A stretch of DNA of 64,000 nt from Vulcanimicrobiota bacterium (GCA_019236975.1 JAFAHZ010000024.1:5096-69095); one strand, 5' to 3'. Counted from the stretch's first letter, positions 8,915 to 17,241 are shown. Notes: a model not told the origin generated them from the letters alone. Translations and numbers: made by a program.

Positions 8915-8953
8915 TGAAGAGTTTCTGAAGGCGCAGACTTCAGAAACTCTTCA
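8915..8953. promoter_or_regulatory. Perfect 16-bp inverted repeat (TGAAGAGTTTCTGAAG-N7-CTTCAGAAACTCTTCA) in the divergent regulator/HD-GYP intergenic region; candidate operator
   Basis: Read directly from the sequence. It is relatively AT-rich for this genome and ends 2 nt before the TTG start of the HD-GYP ORF. Related half-sites (TCTGAAAAC and TCTGAAAC) occur at about 8192-8217, downstream of the regulator gene and upstream of the SodC-like gene. Confidence 0.5.
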
Positions 8954-8955
8954 TA

Positions 8956-9561
8956 TTGCCGTACCAGCATGAAGCCATGCTCTCGCAGCGCGCCGACTCC
9001 GTGCCCTTGCTCAAAATTCTGCTCGAACAGAAGAATCGCGCGACGGCCGAACACTGCGAACGCGTCATGCGGTATTCGGTACAACTCGCCTGCGAGGCGG
9101 GCGTGACGGGCGACGCCATGCACGCCGTCGCGAACGGTGCGCTTCTGCACGACATTGGAAAGCTGCACGTTCCGAGCGACCTGCTCGCCTACCCCGGGCC
9201 TCTCGAGGACGACGCGATGGCTTTGGTACGCACGCACGCGCTGCGCGGTGAGGATCTTCTACGCCGGTTTCCCGGGCTGCGGATGAAGGATATCGCTCGC
9301 ATCGTCGGAGCGCACCACGAGTGGTTCGACGGTTCGGGCTATCCGCGCGGTCTTGCCGCGCGCGCAATTCCGTACGGCGCACGCATCGTAGCGATCTGCG
9401 ATGCATTCGATGCAATGACCGCCGGCCGGTGCTACCAGCGTCCGCGCTCGTACGCCGCTGCCATCGAAGAACTCGTCGCGTGCTCGGGCACGCAGTTCGA
9501 TCCGGAACTCGTGCGCACGTTCGTCGGTATGGGCGAGCGTTATTTCAGAATCTCTTCATAG
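8956..9561 (+). CDS. HD-GYP domain protein (putative c-di-GMP phosphodiesterase), stand-alone
   Basis: Carries LLHDIGKLHVP and HHEWFDGSGYPRGL (HD and GYP motifs). The start is the TTG at 8956 or the ATG at 8977. Confidence 0.85.
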   Translation: MPYQHEAMLSQRADSVPLLKILLEQKNRATAEHCERVMRYSVQLACEAGVTGDAMHAVANGALLHDIGKLHVPSDLLAYPGPLEDDAMALVRTHALRGEDLLRRFPGLRMKDIARIVGAHHEWFDGSGYPRGLAARAIPYGARIVAICDAFDAMTAGRCYQRPRSYAAAIEELVACSGTQFDPELVRTFVGMGERYFRISS

Positions 9562-9582
9562 CCTAGCCGTAAAATCGGCGGC

Positions 9583-10677
9583 ATGATATATCGCCGCATC
9601 GCTCCCACGCACCTCACTGCGTGTGCCGCTATCGCCATGACTGCTTGCTCCGGCGGCGCACCGCGCCCGTCGTACGTTCCTCCCGCGCCGATGCGCGTTG
9701 CCGCGGAGGCTCCCAACGTAGCAAACGATACCGGCAACATTCTCATCGCCGACCAGTGGAACAATCGCGTCGTCGAAGTCGACGCACAGCACCGCATCGT
9801 TTGGCAGTTCGGTGACGGCTCGTCGATCGCCGGACCGCACTCGGTTGTCGGCGTCAACGACGCGGAGCGTTACGGCAAACTGACGCTGATTGCAGGAACG
9901 GGGTTACCGGCAGGCACGATTCCGGCGTGCAGCAAGAAACCGTGCCAAGACAATCGCGTCTTCGTCGTCGACCAAACGGGGAAAATCGTTTGGCAATACG
10001 GCAAGACCGGCGTTCCGGGATCCAAAGCGGGGTACCTCAACGCGCCGGTGAGCGCGATGCATCTGCCCAACGGCGGCGTCCTCGTCACCGACCAAGGCAA
10101 TCAGCGCGTCATCGAAATCTCGGCGTCGAAACGCATCACCTGGCAGTACGGAACAACGGGTAAGAGCGGCGCGGGTGCCGGGGAGCTGAACAATCCCAAT
10201 AGCGCGCAGCTTCTCTCCAACGGCAACGTCCTGATCGCCGACGAGAACAATAACCGTGTGCTCGAGGTGACGCCGGCTGGAAAGATCGCGTGGGAATACG
10301 GTTCGCCTAAAGACACCAAGAAGCTGGACGGTGCGGCCTATGCCAGCCGGCTATCCAACGGAAACACGCTGATCACGGATTCGCTCAATAGCCGCGTCGT
10401 CGAGGTCACGCCTTCCGGACGCGTTGCGTGGAGCTACGCCACCAACAAACAGCACGGCAGCATCTCGGCCCCGCAGCCGTCGCACGCAGTACGCCTCAAG
10501 AACGGCGACACCCTCGTGAGCAATCAGATCGACGACGAGATCGTCGAAGTGACGCCGGCCGGCAAGATCGCGTTCCAGCAGGGCAAAGTGGCCAAGCCCG
10601 GCGCGAAGTTCGACGAGCTAAACTGGCCGTACGATGCGAAGGTCGTCGGAGATTACACCGGCCTAACGACGCCGTAA
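9583..10677 (+). CDS. Secreted lipoprotein, six-bladed beta-propeller-like repeat protein (NHL/YncE-like)
   Basis: Lipobox AIAMTAC|SGG. Six repeats of roughly 45-50 aa end in NNRVVEV, DNRVFVV, NQRVIEI, NNRVLEV, NSRVVEV and DDEIVEV, each followed by a WQYG/WEYG-type motif. Confidence 0.7.
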   Translation: MIYRRIAPTHLTACAAIAMTACSGGAPRPSYVPPAPMRVAAEAPNVANDTGNILIADQWNNRVVEVDAQHRIVWQFGDGSSIAGPHSVVGVNDAERYGKLTLIAGTGLPAGTIPACSKKPCQDNRVFVVDQTGKIVWQYGKTGVPGSKAGYLNAPVSAMHLPNGGVLVTDQGNQRVIEISASKRITWQYGTTGKSGAGAGELNNPNSAQLLSNGNVLIADENNNRVLEVTPAGKIAWEYGSPKDTKKLDGAAYASRLSNGNTLITDSLNSRVVEVTPSGRVAWSYATNKQHGSISAPQPSHAVRLKNGDTLVSNQIDDEIVEVTPAGKIAFQQGKVAKPGAKFDELNWPYDAKVVGDYTGLTTP

Positions 10678-10693
10678 GCCGCGAGTCGAGCGG

Positions 10694-10770
10694 TGGCGCG
10701 CCCGGAGGGATTCGAACCCCCGATCCCAGCCTTCGGAGGGCTGTGCGTTATCCAGCTACGCTACGGGCGC
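10694..10770 (-). tRNA. tRNA-Arg (anticodon CCG)
   Basis: The reverse complement GCGCCCGTAGCGTAGCTGGATAACGCACAGCCCTCCGAAGGCTGGGATCGGGGGTTCGAATCCCTCCGGGCGCGCCA folds as a cloverleaf. Anticodon loop CTCCGAA, T-loop GGTTCGAATCC, encoded CCA. Confidence 0.85.
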
Positions 10771-10776
10771 ACGCGA

Positions 10777-11016
10777 CTACGGGCGCGGTGACTCGGGCGA
10801 GCTGCCCGCGCTCGGGATGTGTTTGAAGAGGTCGAGCTTGTGGTCGACCAGCGAACGGTAGAACTTCCGCACGCAATCCGGATGCCCGAAGAAATACGTG
10901 CGCGCGTACGCGAGATCGTCGCCGGAGCTATCCGGAACGTAGTGCGAGATTTCGATCTCTTCCATTTGGCCTCGGTCTACCGGGTGAGGACAAAAGTCGC
11001 AGGGGATGGTCGACAT
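10777..11016 (-). CDS. Small hypothetical protein (79 aa) with a CxxC...HPDC arrangement
   Basis: ORF lying between two tRNA genes. Its composition looks coding rather than Arg-rich (MSTIPCDFCPHPVDRGQMEEIEISHYVPD...HPDCVRKFYRSLVDHKLDLF). I recognise no family. Confidence 0.45.
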   Translation of the reverse strand: MSTIPCDFCPHPVDRGQMEEIEISHYVPDSSGDDLAYARTYFFGHPDCVRKFYRSLVDHKLDLFKHIPSAGSSPESPRP

Positions 11017-11080
11017 GTTCGGATGATTACCTCGGGAACGGAACCGGCCGCCATACGTCGGCGGCCGACCCCTCTAAAAC

Positions 11081-11152
11081 TGACTCGGGTAGGATTTGAA
11101 CCTACGACCTAGGGCTTATGAGTCCCCCGCTCTACCGCTGAGCTACCGAGCC
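11081..11152 (-). tRNA. tRNA-Met-type (anticodon CAT; could also be a lysidine-modified Ile2)
   Basis: The reverse complement is GGCTCGGTAGCTCAGCGGTAGAGCGGGGGACTCATAAGCCCTAGGTCGTAGGTTCAAATCCTACCCGAGTCA. Anticodon loop CTCATAA, T-loop GGTTCAAATCC. CCA is not encoded. Confidence 0.8.
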
Positions 11153-11263
11153 ACGGGCCGTGGCGTCGTTTTCGACACCGTACGATACCATGACCCGTCG
11201 CAGGCCGCAACTGGTGCGCCCGCTTTGCCCGCCAGGCTAGCCGTGGGCCGGCCATCATCGCGC

Positions 11264-12496
11264 TCAGTAGCGGATTTGGGCCAGCTGCATAGGCCCTATC
11301 TCCCCCACCCAGATCGCCGGGCGCGCACAACCCGAAACCGTTGCGTCGATGCCTGCAGGAACGGCGTTCGGCGTCGGCAGCGGAAGCTCGGTAATCGTGC
11401 CGTTTGGCTTCAGACGCCCGACCTTATCGGCGCTCGATTCCGTAAACCACACGGATTGGTCCGGCGCGATGGCGAGATCGAACGCACCGCTCCGATTCGT
11501 TGGAATTGCGTATTCCGTAACGTTCCCGTCGCCGTCCATCTTCCCGATTGCGTTTCGCCCGAAATCCGTGAACCAAACGGCATGGGCGTTTCCGGAGATG
11601 TGTGCGACGTACGAAGGGATGGTAAACGCGTGCAGGACCGAGCCTTTCGGTGCGAATTCGAACACGACGCTTTCGGAAGCCGAGCGGTGCGTTAGACCCC
11701 ACACGTGACGATGCGGACCGCGCGTTAAGAGAAGCTGATCGGAGTTGCTTTCACCATAATACGACGACGGAAGCGTCGCCGGGTTACCGGTTGCACCAGT
11801 CGGTCCGCCTCCGCCGATCCACATACGGCCGTCGGCCGCCGCAACGATCGACGTGATGACCGCGCTGCCGCCGAGCCCGAGGTTCGGATCGTATTGCGGA
11901 GGCGGAACGGATGCGGTTCCCGACGCACCATATTCTAGCTCGCCCCACGGAAAGCCGGGCTGCGTTGAATAGAAGTAATCGTACTCACTCGCCCAAACGA
12001 TCGACGGGAAGTCCTTCGCATCGATCGCGCTCACTTGGCCCGCACGGCAACCGTTTTGCGGCGTTGCCGGGCAGCAGTTCCCTGGACCGTTCGCGCATGG
12101 CACGCCGTCGGCTCCTTGCGGACTGACGCGCGTGAACGTACCCCCCGCGTAGCTACCCATCCAAAAACCGGGGTTAGGGCACGAACCGCCCGGCAGCGCG
12201 TAACAATAACTCATCGGCAACACCGGTGGATTTGCATCGAAGCTTCCGAAATACACGTTGCCTGCACCCGATACGGAAACGATAACCGGCGCGGCATCGA
12301 TGCCCGAAGGAATCGGGATTTCCGTAACGTGCACGCCCGAGATTCGCGCTGTCTGCGACGGTCGCTCCTGGGTATGAGCGCTCGGTTGCGGCACCCATCG
12401 GCTCGTGGTATTTGCCGTGCAGCCGCTCGCCACGCTCGTTACCAGCGCGCACGAAAGCAGTGCATTGCGATAACTCCGCATCATCCGCATCGTCAA
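11264..12496 (-). CDS. Secreted lipoprotein with Vgb (streptogramin lyase)-like beta-propeller repeats
   Basis: Lipobox SVASGC|T. The C-terminal half has repeats of the type AVWFTDFGRNAIGKMDGDGNVTEYAIP and SVWFTESSADKVGRLKPNGTITELPLP, characteristic of virginiamycin B lyase-like propellers. Confidence 0.7.
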   Translation of the reverse strand: MTMRMMRSYRNALLSCALVTSVASGCTANTTSRWVPQPSAHTQERPSQTARISGVHVTEIPIPSGIDAAPVIVSVSGAGNVYFGSFDANPPVLPMSYCYALPGGSCPNPGFWMGSYAGGTFTRVSPQGADGVPCANGPGNCCPATPQNGCRAGQVSAIDAKDFPSIVWASEYDYFYSTQPGFPWGELEYGASGTASVPPPQYDPNLGLGGSAVITSIVAAADGRMWIGGGGPTGATGNPATLPSSYYGESNSDQLLLTRGPHRHVWGLTHRSASESVVFEFAPKGSVLHAFTIPSYVAHISGNAHAVWFTDFGRNAIGKMDGDGNVTEYAIPTNRSGAFDLAIAPDQSVWFTESSADKVGRLKPNGTITELPLPTPNAVPAGIDATVSGCARPAIWVGEIGPMQLAQIRY

Positions 12497-12632
12497 CCTC
12501 CGAGATAACTGTAGACCCGCAGGTCACAGCGCGGTTAGGTCTGGCTGGGGAATCGTCACCCGGGACTCTCGGGGCGTGGAAGTGAGCGCAAAAAAGCAGC
12601 GCCGAAAAATCTTTCGACGCTGCGTCCGAAAA

Positions 12633-12707
12633 TCGCGGTCGGAGGGACTCGAACCCCCAACCTACAAGTTCGTAGCCTGTTGCTCTATCCAATTGAGCTA
12701 CGACCGC
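12633..12707 (-). tRNA. tRNA-Arg (anticodon ACG)
   Basis: The reverse complement is GCGGTCGTAGCTCAATTGGATAGAGCAACAGGCTACGAACTTGTAGGTTGGGGGTTCGAGTCCCTCCGACCGCGA. Anticodon loop CTACGAA. CCA is not encoded. Confidence 0.85.
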
Positions 12708-12735
12708 GCGTTCGTCACATCGCTGTGACCGACTT

Positions 12736-12825
12736 CGGAGAGAGAGGGATTCGAACCCTCGATACGACTTTACATCGTATAACGGTTTAGCAAACCGCCG
12801 CCTTCAGCCGCTCGGCCATCTCTCC
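12736..12825 (-). tRNA. tRNA-Ser (anticodon GCT), long variable arm
   Basis: The reverse complement is GGAGAGATGGCCGAGCGGCTGAAGGCGGCGGTTTGCTAAACCGTTATACGATGTAAAGTCGTATCGAGGGTTCGAATCCCTCTCTCTCCG. Anticodon loop TTGCTAA, class II variable arm. Confidence 0.85.
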
Positions 12826-12866
12826 CCGACCCGACGAGCGACTATACCACGGCTCGGCCGGATGTC

Positions 12867-13478
12867 CTAGGAGGACGTCCCGCTCGCCCCCGGCGACGAT
12901 GTCGTTGCCGGCTCGGGCGTCGGCTGCGCTTGCGCACTCGCGGGCTGCGCCATCACCAAAGGCGGCTCCGGTACGAACTCCGCGCGAACGGTCGGAACCT
13001 TCGCGGGCCGGCGGCCCATCAACGCATCGATTCCCAGCGCGCGTCCGGTCGGCAGCACGAAGTTGATTGCCGACAAGAGGAACGTCGTCAGATCGTTACC
13101 GTTCAGCGTTGCGGGCGAAATCAGCGGGCCTTTTGCCGATGCATACATCAGCGTAAGAAACATGCCGACTAGACCGCCGAGGCGGGTAAATAGTCCGAGC
13201 ACCAGTACGACGCCCACCAGCAGTTCGCCCAAACGAACGAGTTCTGCAAACAGAGCGATATTCGGCATCACCGTGCCCGAGAGAAACGGCCTTATAAAAT
13301 CTGCGCCCTGCTGCGAGCCTTGCGTAACGAGACTCACGATGGTCCCGTTGGGCGGCATGAATTTGTCGCTGTCCAGAAACTTCGGCAGCGCGTGCGCGAT
13401 CCAAATCGCACCGATCGCGATGCGGAACAGCGCAAGCCACCGCGCGTACGTTGTGGAAGCCGGAAGCGGCTTCGTCAT
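12867..13478 (-). CDS. DoxX-family membrane protein with a Pro/Ala/Ser-rich C-terminal tail
   Basis: Starting from MTKPLPASTTYARWLALFRIAIGAIWIAHALPKF... there are four TM segments of DoxX type (LVRLGELLVGVVLVLGLFTRLGGLV). This ATG overlaps the upstream stop (ATGA). The longer track ORF has an Arg-rich, non-coding-like N-terminus. Confidence 0.7.
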   Translation of the reverse strand: MTKPLPASTTYARWLALFRIAIGAIWIAHALPKFLDSDKFMPPNGTIVSLVTQGSQQGADFIRPFLSGTVMPNIALFAELVRLGELLVGVVLVLGLFTRLGGLVGMFLTLMYASAKGPLISPATLNGNDLTTFLLSAINFVLPTGRALGIDALMGRRPAKVPTVRAEFVPEPPLVMAQPASAQAQPTPEPATTSSPGASGTSS

Positions 13479-14611
13479 GCGACGACCTCCTTTCGCAGCG
13501 TTACGAGCCGCGCGATCAAACCGGCCGCCTCCCGCGCTGCATGAGGACGCGCCAAGCGCCGGGCCGCCGCTCTCATTCTTTCCCTCGCTGGGCCTTCTTT
13601 CAAAACGGCTTCCAACGCCGGTCCGAGTTCGTCGAGCGTCTTCGTTCTGATTGCGGCTCCGGCATCGCACAGCACGCGGGCATTACGCTCCTCCTGGCCG
13701 GGAAGCGGCTTGCTCAAAAGCATCGGGACTTCTGCAACCAACGCCTCGGCTGCGGTCAATCCTCCCGGCTTCGTCACCAAGACGTCGGCCGCGTGCATGT
13801 AGTCGTACACGTCGTCGACGAAGCGCAGCGCGCGCACCGGATAGCCGACGCCTTCGGCCGCCGCCAGCACGCGGCGTTCCATGCCTTTGTTGCGCCCGGC
13901 GATCACGACCGCCGCGATCGGAGCGGAGACGCCGTCGAGTCCGCGCATGATGCGTGCGAGCGGACCGATGCCCAGCCCGCCGCCCATCAGCAGCACGATG
14001 TGGCGGTCGAGCGGTAGGCTCAAGCGTTCGCGCAGACGTTCCTGCGATTCTTTGCCGCGAGCGAACTCGCCGCGCACCGGAATGCCGCACGCGACCACGC
14101 GTTCGGCGGCGACGCCGCGCGCGATCATCACGTCGCGGACCGCATCGCCGGCAACGACGTAGCCGTCGACGTTGTCGTGAATCCAAAAGGCGTGCACCGC
14201 ATAATCCGTCACGATGCCGACGACCGGCGGCGCGTCGGCGTACATCCGCTTATACTCTGCCATCGCACCGCAGGGAAACGCGTGCGTGCAGACGACGAGG
14301 TCGGGCCGTTCGCGCTCGATCAACCGGCGAAGATTGCCCGCAGTGAACTGATGCGCCCACGTCCGGAACGGCCCCACTTCCGTCGCGCGCTCCGCGCGAT
14401 GGTAGATAAAACGGTACATCTGCGGAATCGTCTTGACCATCTGCAGATAGCCATCCGAGACGACGCGCGACACCACCGGCGCGGCATACTTATACGAGTC
14501 GACGACCGTGGTGCGTACGCCGGGATCGATCTTGCGCAGCGCGGCGCACACCGCGTTCGCCGCGGAGAAGTGCCCGACGCCCACGCTCGCCGAAAGAAAC
14601 AGAACGCGAAT
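13475..14611 (-). CDS. MGDG-synthase-like / GT28-family diacylglycerol glycosyltransferase (UgtP-like)
   Basis: Carries the MGDG_synth N-domain (SVGVGHFSAANAVCAAL...YKYAAPVVSRVVSDGYLQMVKTIPQMYRFIY) plus a GT-B C-domain (VLLMGGGLGIGP...VTKPGGLTAAEAL). The first canonical start (GTG 14584) falls inside the conserved LFLSAS-G-GH loop. The in-frame ATT at 14611 would give (M)RVLFLSASVGVGH and overlaps the upstream TAA as TAATT. Confidence 0.75.
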   Translation of the reverse strand: MRVLFLSASVGVGHFSAANAVCAALRKIDPGVRTTVVDSYKYAAPVVSRVVSDGYLQMVKTIPQMYRFIYHRAERATEVGPFRTWAHQFTAGNLRRLIERERPDLVVCTHAFPCGAMAEYKRMYADAPPVVGIVTDYAVHAFWIHDNVDGYVVAGDAVRDVMIARGVAAERVVACGIPVRGEFARGKESQERLRERLSLPLDRHIVLLMGGGLGIGPLARIMRGLDGVSAPIAAVVIAGRNKGMERRVLAAAEGVGYPVRALRFVDDVYDYMHAADVLVTKPGGLTAAEALVAEVPMLLSKPLPGQEERNARVLCDAGAAIRTKTLDELGPALEAVLKEGPARERMRAAARRLARPHAAREAAGLIARLVTLRKEVVA

Positions 14612-14907
14612 TAGCTCGCCCCTCCGTCGGCGCCCGCTTCCTCGGCAAAGACCAGAAACTCGTCGAGAATCTCCTGAGCGAGCGCGTCGTCGTCGACGAG
14701 ATTGCCTTCCATGTCGGTGACGATGAACTCGCCGTCGCCTTCCTCGTGGGCGTCGTGCATGAGCACCGCGTACGAGGTATTCTCGTCAGGATCTTCGAGT
14801 ATGCCCACAACCTCGAAGGGCAGCTCGCCGCCGTCCTTCGTCTGAATGTAGAGCACTTCGCTCAGCTCGAGCGGTCCGCTGGGGTTCTCGCCATTGGAGG
14901 ACGGCAT
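14611..14907 (-). CDS. DUF1292-family protein (YrzB-like)
   Basis: Acidic 98-aa protein (LYIQTKDGGELPFEVVGILEDPDENTSYAVL...EFIVTDMEGNLVDDDALAQEILDEF). It sits next to mltG and ruvX, as in Firmicutes. Confidence 0.7.
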   Translation of the reverse strand: MPSSNGENPSGPLELSEVLYIQTKDGGELPFEVVGILEDPDENTSYAVLMHDAHEEGDGEFIVTDMEGNLVDDDALAQEILDEFLVFAEEAGADGGAS

Positions 14908-14922
14908 GCGAGTGGCTCCTTT

Positions 14923-15921
14923 TTAGTGCAGGCAGCGCGCGACGTTGGCCTGGTGTTCGGAGAGGGTCTTGGCGAAAGCGTGCCGGCCGTTGCCGCAGTA
15001 GACGTAGTAGAGAAAATCCGTCTTCGACGGCGACAGCGCGGCTTCCAGCGAGGGGAGCCCCGGATTGGCAATCGGCGTCGGCGGCAGCCCGTCGTGCGTG
15101 TAGGTATTGTATGGCGAATCGATGCGCAAGTCGGCGAAGGAAAGTTCGCTCTTGTGTTCGGGGAGCGCGTATTCGATGGTGGCGTCGACTTCGAGCGGCA
15201 TTCGGACGCGCAGCCGGTTGTAGATAACGCCCGCAATGAGCGGGCGGTCGGCGTCGGCCTTCGCTTCGCGTTCGATCAGCGACGCGACCGTTACGGCCTG
15301 CGGCACCGTAACGCCCAACCTCCGCGCACGCGCGGCCGCGTCGTGCGGAAGCTTCGCGAAGAACTCGCCGGTCAACTCGCTTTCCACCTGTTCGGGTGTC
15401 GCTCCCAGCGCGATCAGGTACGTGCTGGGAAAGAGAAAGCCTTCGAGACTGTTCGTACGCCGGCCGCCGGCGACGACGGTGTCGCGCGCAAAGGCGCGCG
15501 CGTACGCATCCGGGGAACCGATCCCGGCCTCGCCCAAGCGCGCCGCGATTTCGCGGGCTGTAAAACCTTCGGGAATGGTGACCCACGCCGCAACTTGCGC
15601 GCCGCCGGTCTGCAGCGACTCGAGCACGTCGCTTTGCGTGAGATGCGGATCGAAGCGGTACTCGCCCGCGTGAACGCCCGTCTCTTCGCCCCGCAACCGC
15701 GCCAGCAACCGAAACGAGACGACGTTGCCGATGACGCCCGCGCGCGCGAGTTCGCGTGCGACTTCCGAGAACGTCGACCCGCGCGGAATCACCACGCGCG
15801 TCTGCACGGACGGATACGAGCGATCGCGATACGCAGCGTTCGCTAGCCAACCGACGGCGAGCCCGACAGCGACGATCCCGCAGAGAAAGAGCACGCCGAT
15901 CCAGCGGAGGAGCGCCCTCAC
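14923..15921 (-). CDS. mltG: Endolytic murein transglycosylase MltG (YceG-like)
   Basis: N-terminal TM helix followed by the YceG domain (VTIPEGFTAREIA...FLFPSTY...ASLIEREA...AGVIYNRLRVRMPLEVDATIEYAL...DSPYNTYTHDGLPPTPIANPG). Confidence 0.88.
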   Translation of the reverse strand: MRALLRWIGVLFLCGIVAVGLAVGWLANAAYRDRSYPSVQTRVVIPRGSTFSEVARELARAGVIGNVVSFRLLARLRGEETGVHAGEYRFDPHLTQSDVLESLQTGGAQVAAWVTIPEGFTAREIAARLGEAGIGSPDAYARAFARDTVVAGGRRTNSLEGFLFPSTYLIALGATPEQVESELTGEFFAKLPHDAAARARRLGVTVPQAVTVASLIEREAKADADRPLIAGVIYNRLRVRMPLEVDATIEYALPEHKSELSFADLRIDSPYNTYTHDGLPPTPIANPGLPSLEAALSPSKTDFLYYVYCGNGRHAFAKTLSEHQANVARCLH

Positions 15922-16331
15922 GGCTTGTCGCCGCGGCGCCGCGCCAAGTACGTCTCCAAGATGAGCGCCGCCGCCATGGCGTCCACGGAGCGTTTTCGTT
16001 TGGCGCGCGAGACGTCGGCAGCGATGAGTGTTTTGGTGGCTTGCGCGGTGCTCATTCGTTCGTCGACGCGGTGAATCTCCCCGGCGTAGACCGACCGTAA
16101 CCGCTCGACGAACGCGTCCATTTTCTGCGCGGCGATCCCTCGCTCGCCGGCAAGCGTAATCGGATCGCCGACCACTAACTCGCGGACGCGATACTCTTCG
16201 ACGATCTCGCGCAAGCGCGCGAGATCCGCGTTGAGGTTGGTGCGTTCGATCGTGCCGGCCGGCAGCGCGAACGTGCCGGTCGGATCGGCTACGGCGATCC
16301 CGATGCGCTTGCTGCCGACGTCGAGCGCCAT
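15918..16331 (-). CDS. ruvX: Putative pre-16S rRNA nuclease / Holliday junction resolvase-like RuvX (YqgF)
   Basis: From MALDVGSKRIGIAVADPTGTFALP... with the C-terminal DERMSTAQA...VDAMAAALILETYL. The track ORF upstream of this Met is Arg-rich and unlikely to be coding. Confidence 0.85.
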   Translation of the reverse strand: MALDVGSKRIGIAVADPTGTFALPAGTIERTNLNADLARLREIVEEYRVRELVVGDPITLAGERGIAAQKMDAFVERLRSVYAGEIHRVDERMSTAQATKTLIAADVSRAKRKRSVDAMAAALILETYLARRRGDKP

Positions 16332-16341
16332 GATCGCCACG

Positions 16342-17241
16342 TTAACTCGTCTCTGCTGCCAGTTCGGCCAGATGCGCGCCGGCTTTCGGCCGGCGGCCGA
16401 GATGGTGCGCCAAAATATCCTCGATGGCGCGCGCGGCGCGCGGACGCGCCCGCACGGCCGCGGCACCCGTTTCTTTTGCGGCTCCGAGTGCCGCAAAGTT
16501 TTCGAGGTCGTCTGCGTCCAGTTCCGGCAGATCGCGCCAGCTTTCGCGGCACGCTCGATCGATCAGTCCGCCGGCCTCTGCGTCGACCCAGGCGTGCGTT
16601 CCGTCGAGCCTCGCCGTGCAGCGCACGCACGAGTCCGCCGGAGGAGCCAACCCCAGCATGTCGAGCAACCGCAGCGTAAAGCGCGGCAGGAGGGCGCCGG
16701 GCGCATCGCTTTCAGCGACGGCCGAAAGCATTCTCGCTACTAAGGCGTAGGCTTCCGGCACCGCGAGTTCCGGCTCGCAGAGAGCGTCGACGACTTCGGC
16801 GACGAGCGCCGCAACCGCATACCGTTTGGGCTCGACCAGCTTACTCCATGGCGCGTTCACGATATCCGCCGACACGATGACGTCGAGCGAACGGCCCCGA
16901 TGCATTGCCAGCTCGCACTCGTTGCCAAATTCCAAGCGTCCGGCAAAATGACTGCGCGGCCGTCGAATGCCCTTGGCTACCGCGTCGAGCTTGCCGCGAT
17001 CCAACGTAAAAAGCGTGACGATCCGGTCGGCTTCGCCGAGCTGACGGGCGCGCAGAACGATGCCACGCGTCTTATAGGCGCGTGGTTGCGTCGTGAGCCT
17101 CCACTTCGGCGGAGGTTTGCGACGGCGATCCGTTCGTATAAATGCGCACCGACAAGATCCGGCGTCCGCGCGTCCGGTCGACGCGCAAGCGCGTGTGCTC
17201 GTCGGCTTCGATTTCTTCGCCTTCGGCGGGCAGGCGGCCAA
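16342..17241 (-). CDS. recO: DNA repair protein RecO (start codon uncertain)
   Basis: The RecO N-domain reads YKTRGIVLRARQLGEADRIVTLFTLDRGKLDAVAKGIRRPRSHFAGRLE, followed by a zinc motif CVRC. The only canonical in-frame start (17241) would add about 57 Arg/Lys/Pro-rich residues and overlap the upstream gene by about 170 nt. There is no ATG, GTG or TTG near the expected start at about 17076-17100. Confidence 0.75.
   Translation of the reverse strand: MAACPPKAKKSKPTSTRACASTGRADAGSCRCAFIRTDRRRKPPPKWRLTTQPRAYKTRGIVLRARQLGEADRIVTLFTLDRGKLDAVAKGIRRPRSHFAGRLEFGNECELAMHRGRSLDVIVSADIVNAPWSKLVEPKRYAVAALVAEVVDALCEPELAVPEAYALVARMLSAVAESDAPGALLPRFTLRLLDMLGLAPPADSCVRCTARLDGTHAWVDAEAGGLIDRACRESWRDLPELDADDLENFAALGAAKETGAAAVRARPRAARAIEDILAHHLGRRPKAGAHLAELAAETS

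Noticed and set aside
12174-12692. 172-aa minus-strand ORF
   Set aside because: It runs across tRNA-Arg(ACG) and the 5' region of the Vgb-like gene, and it has no coding-like features.
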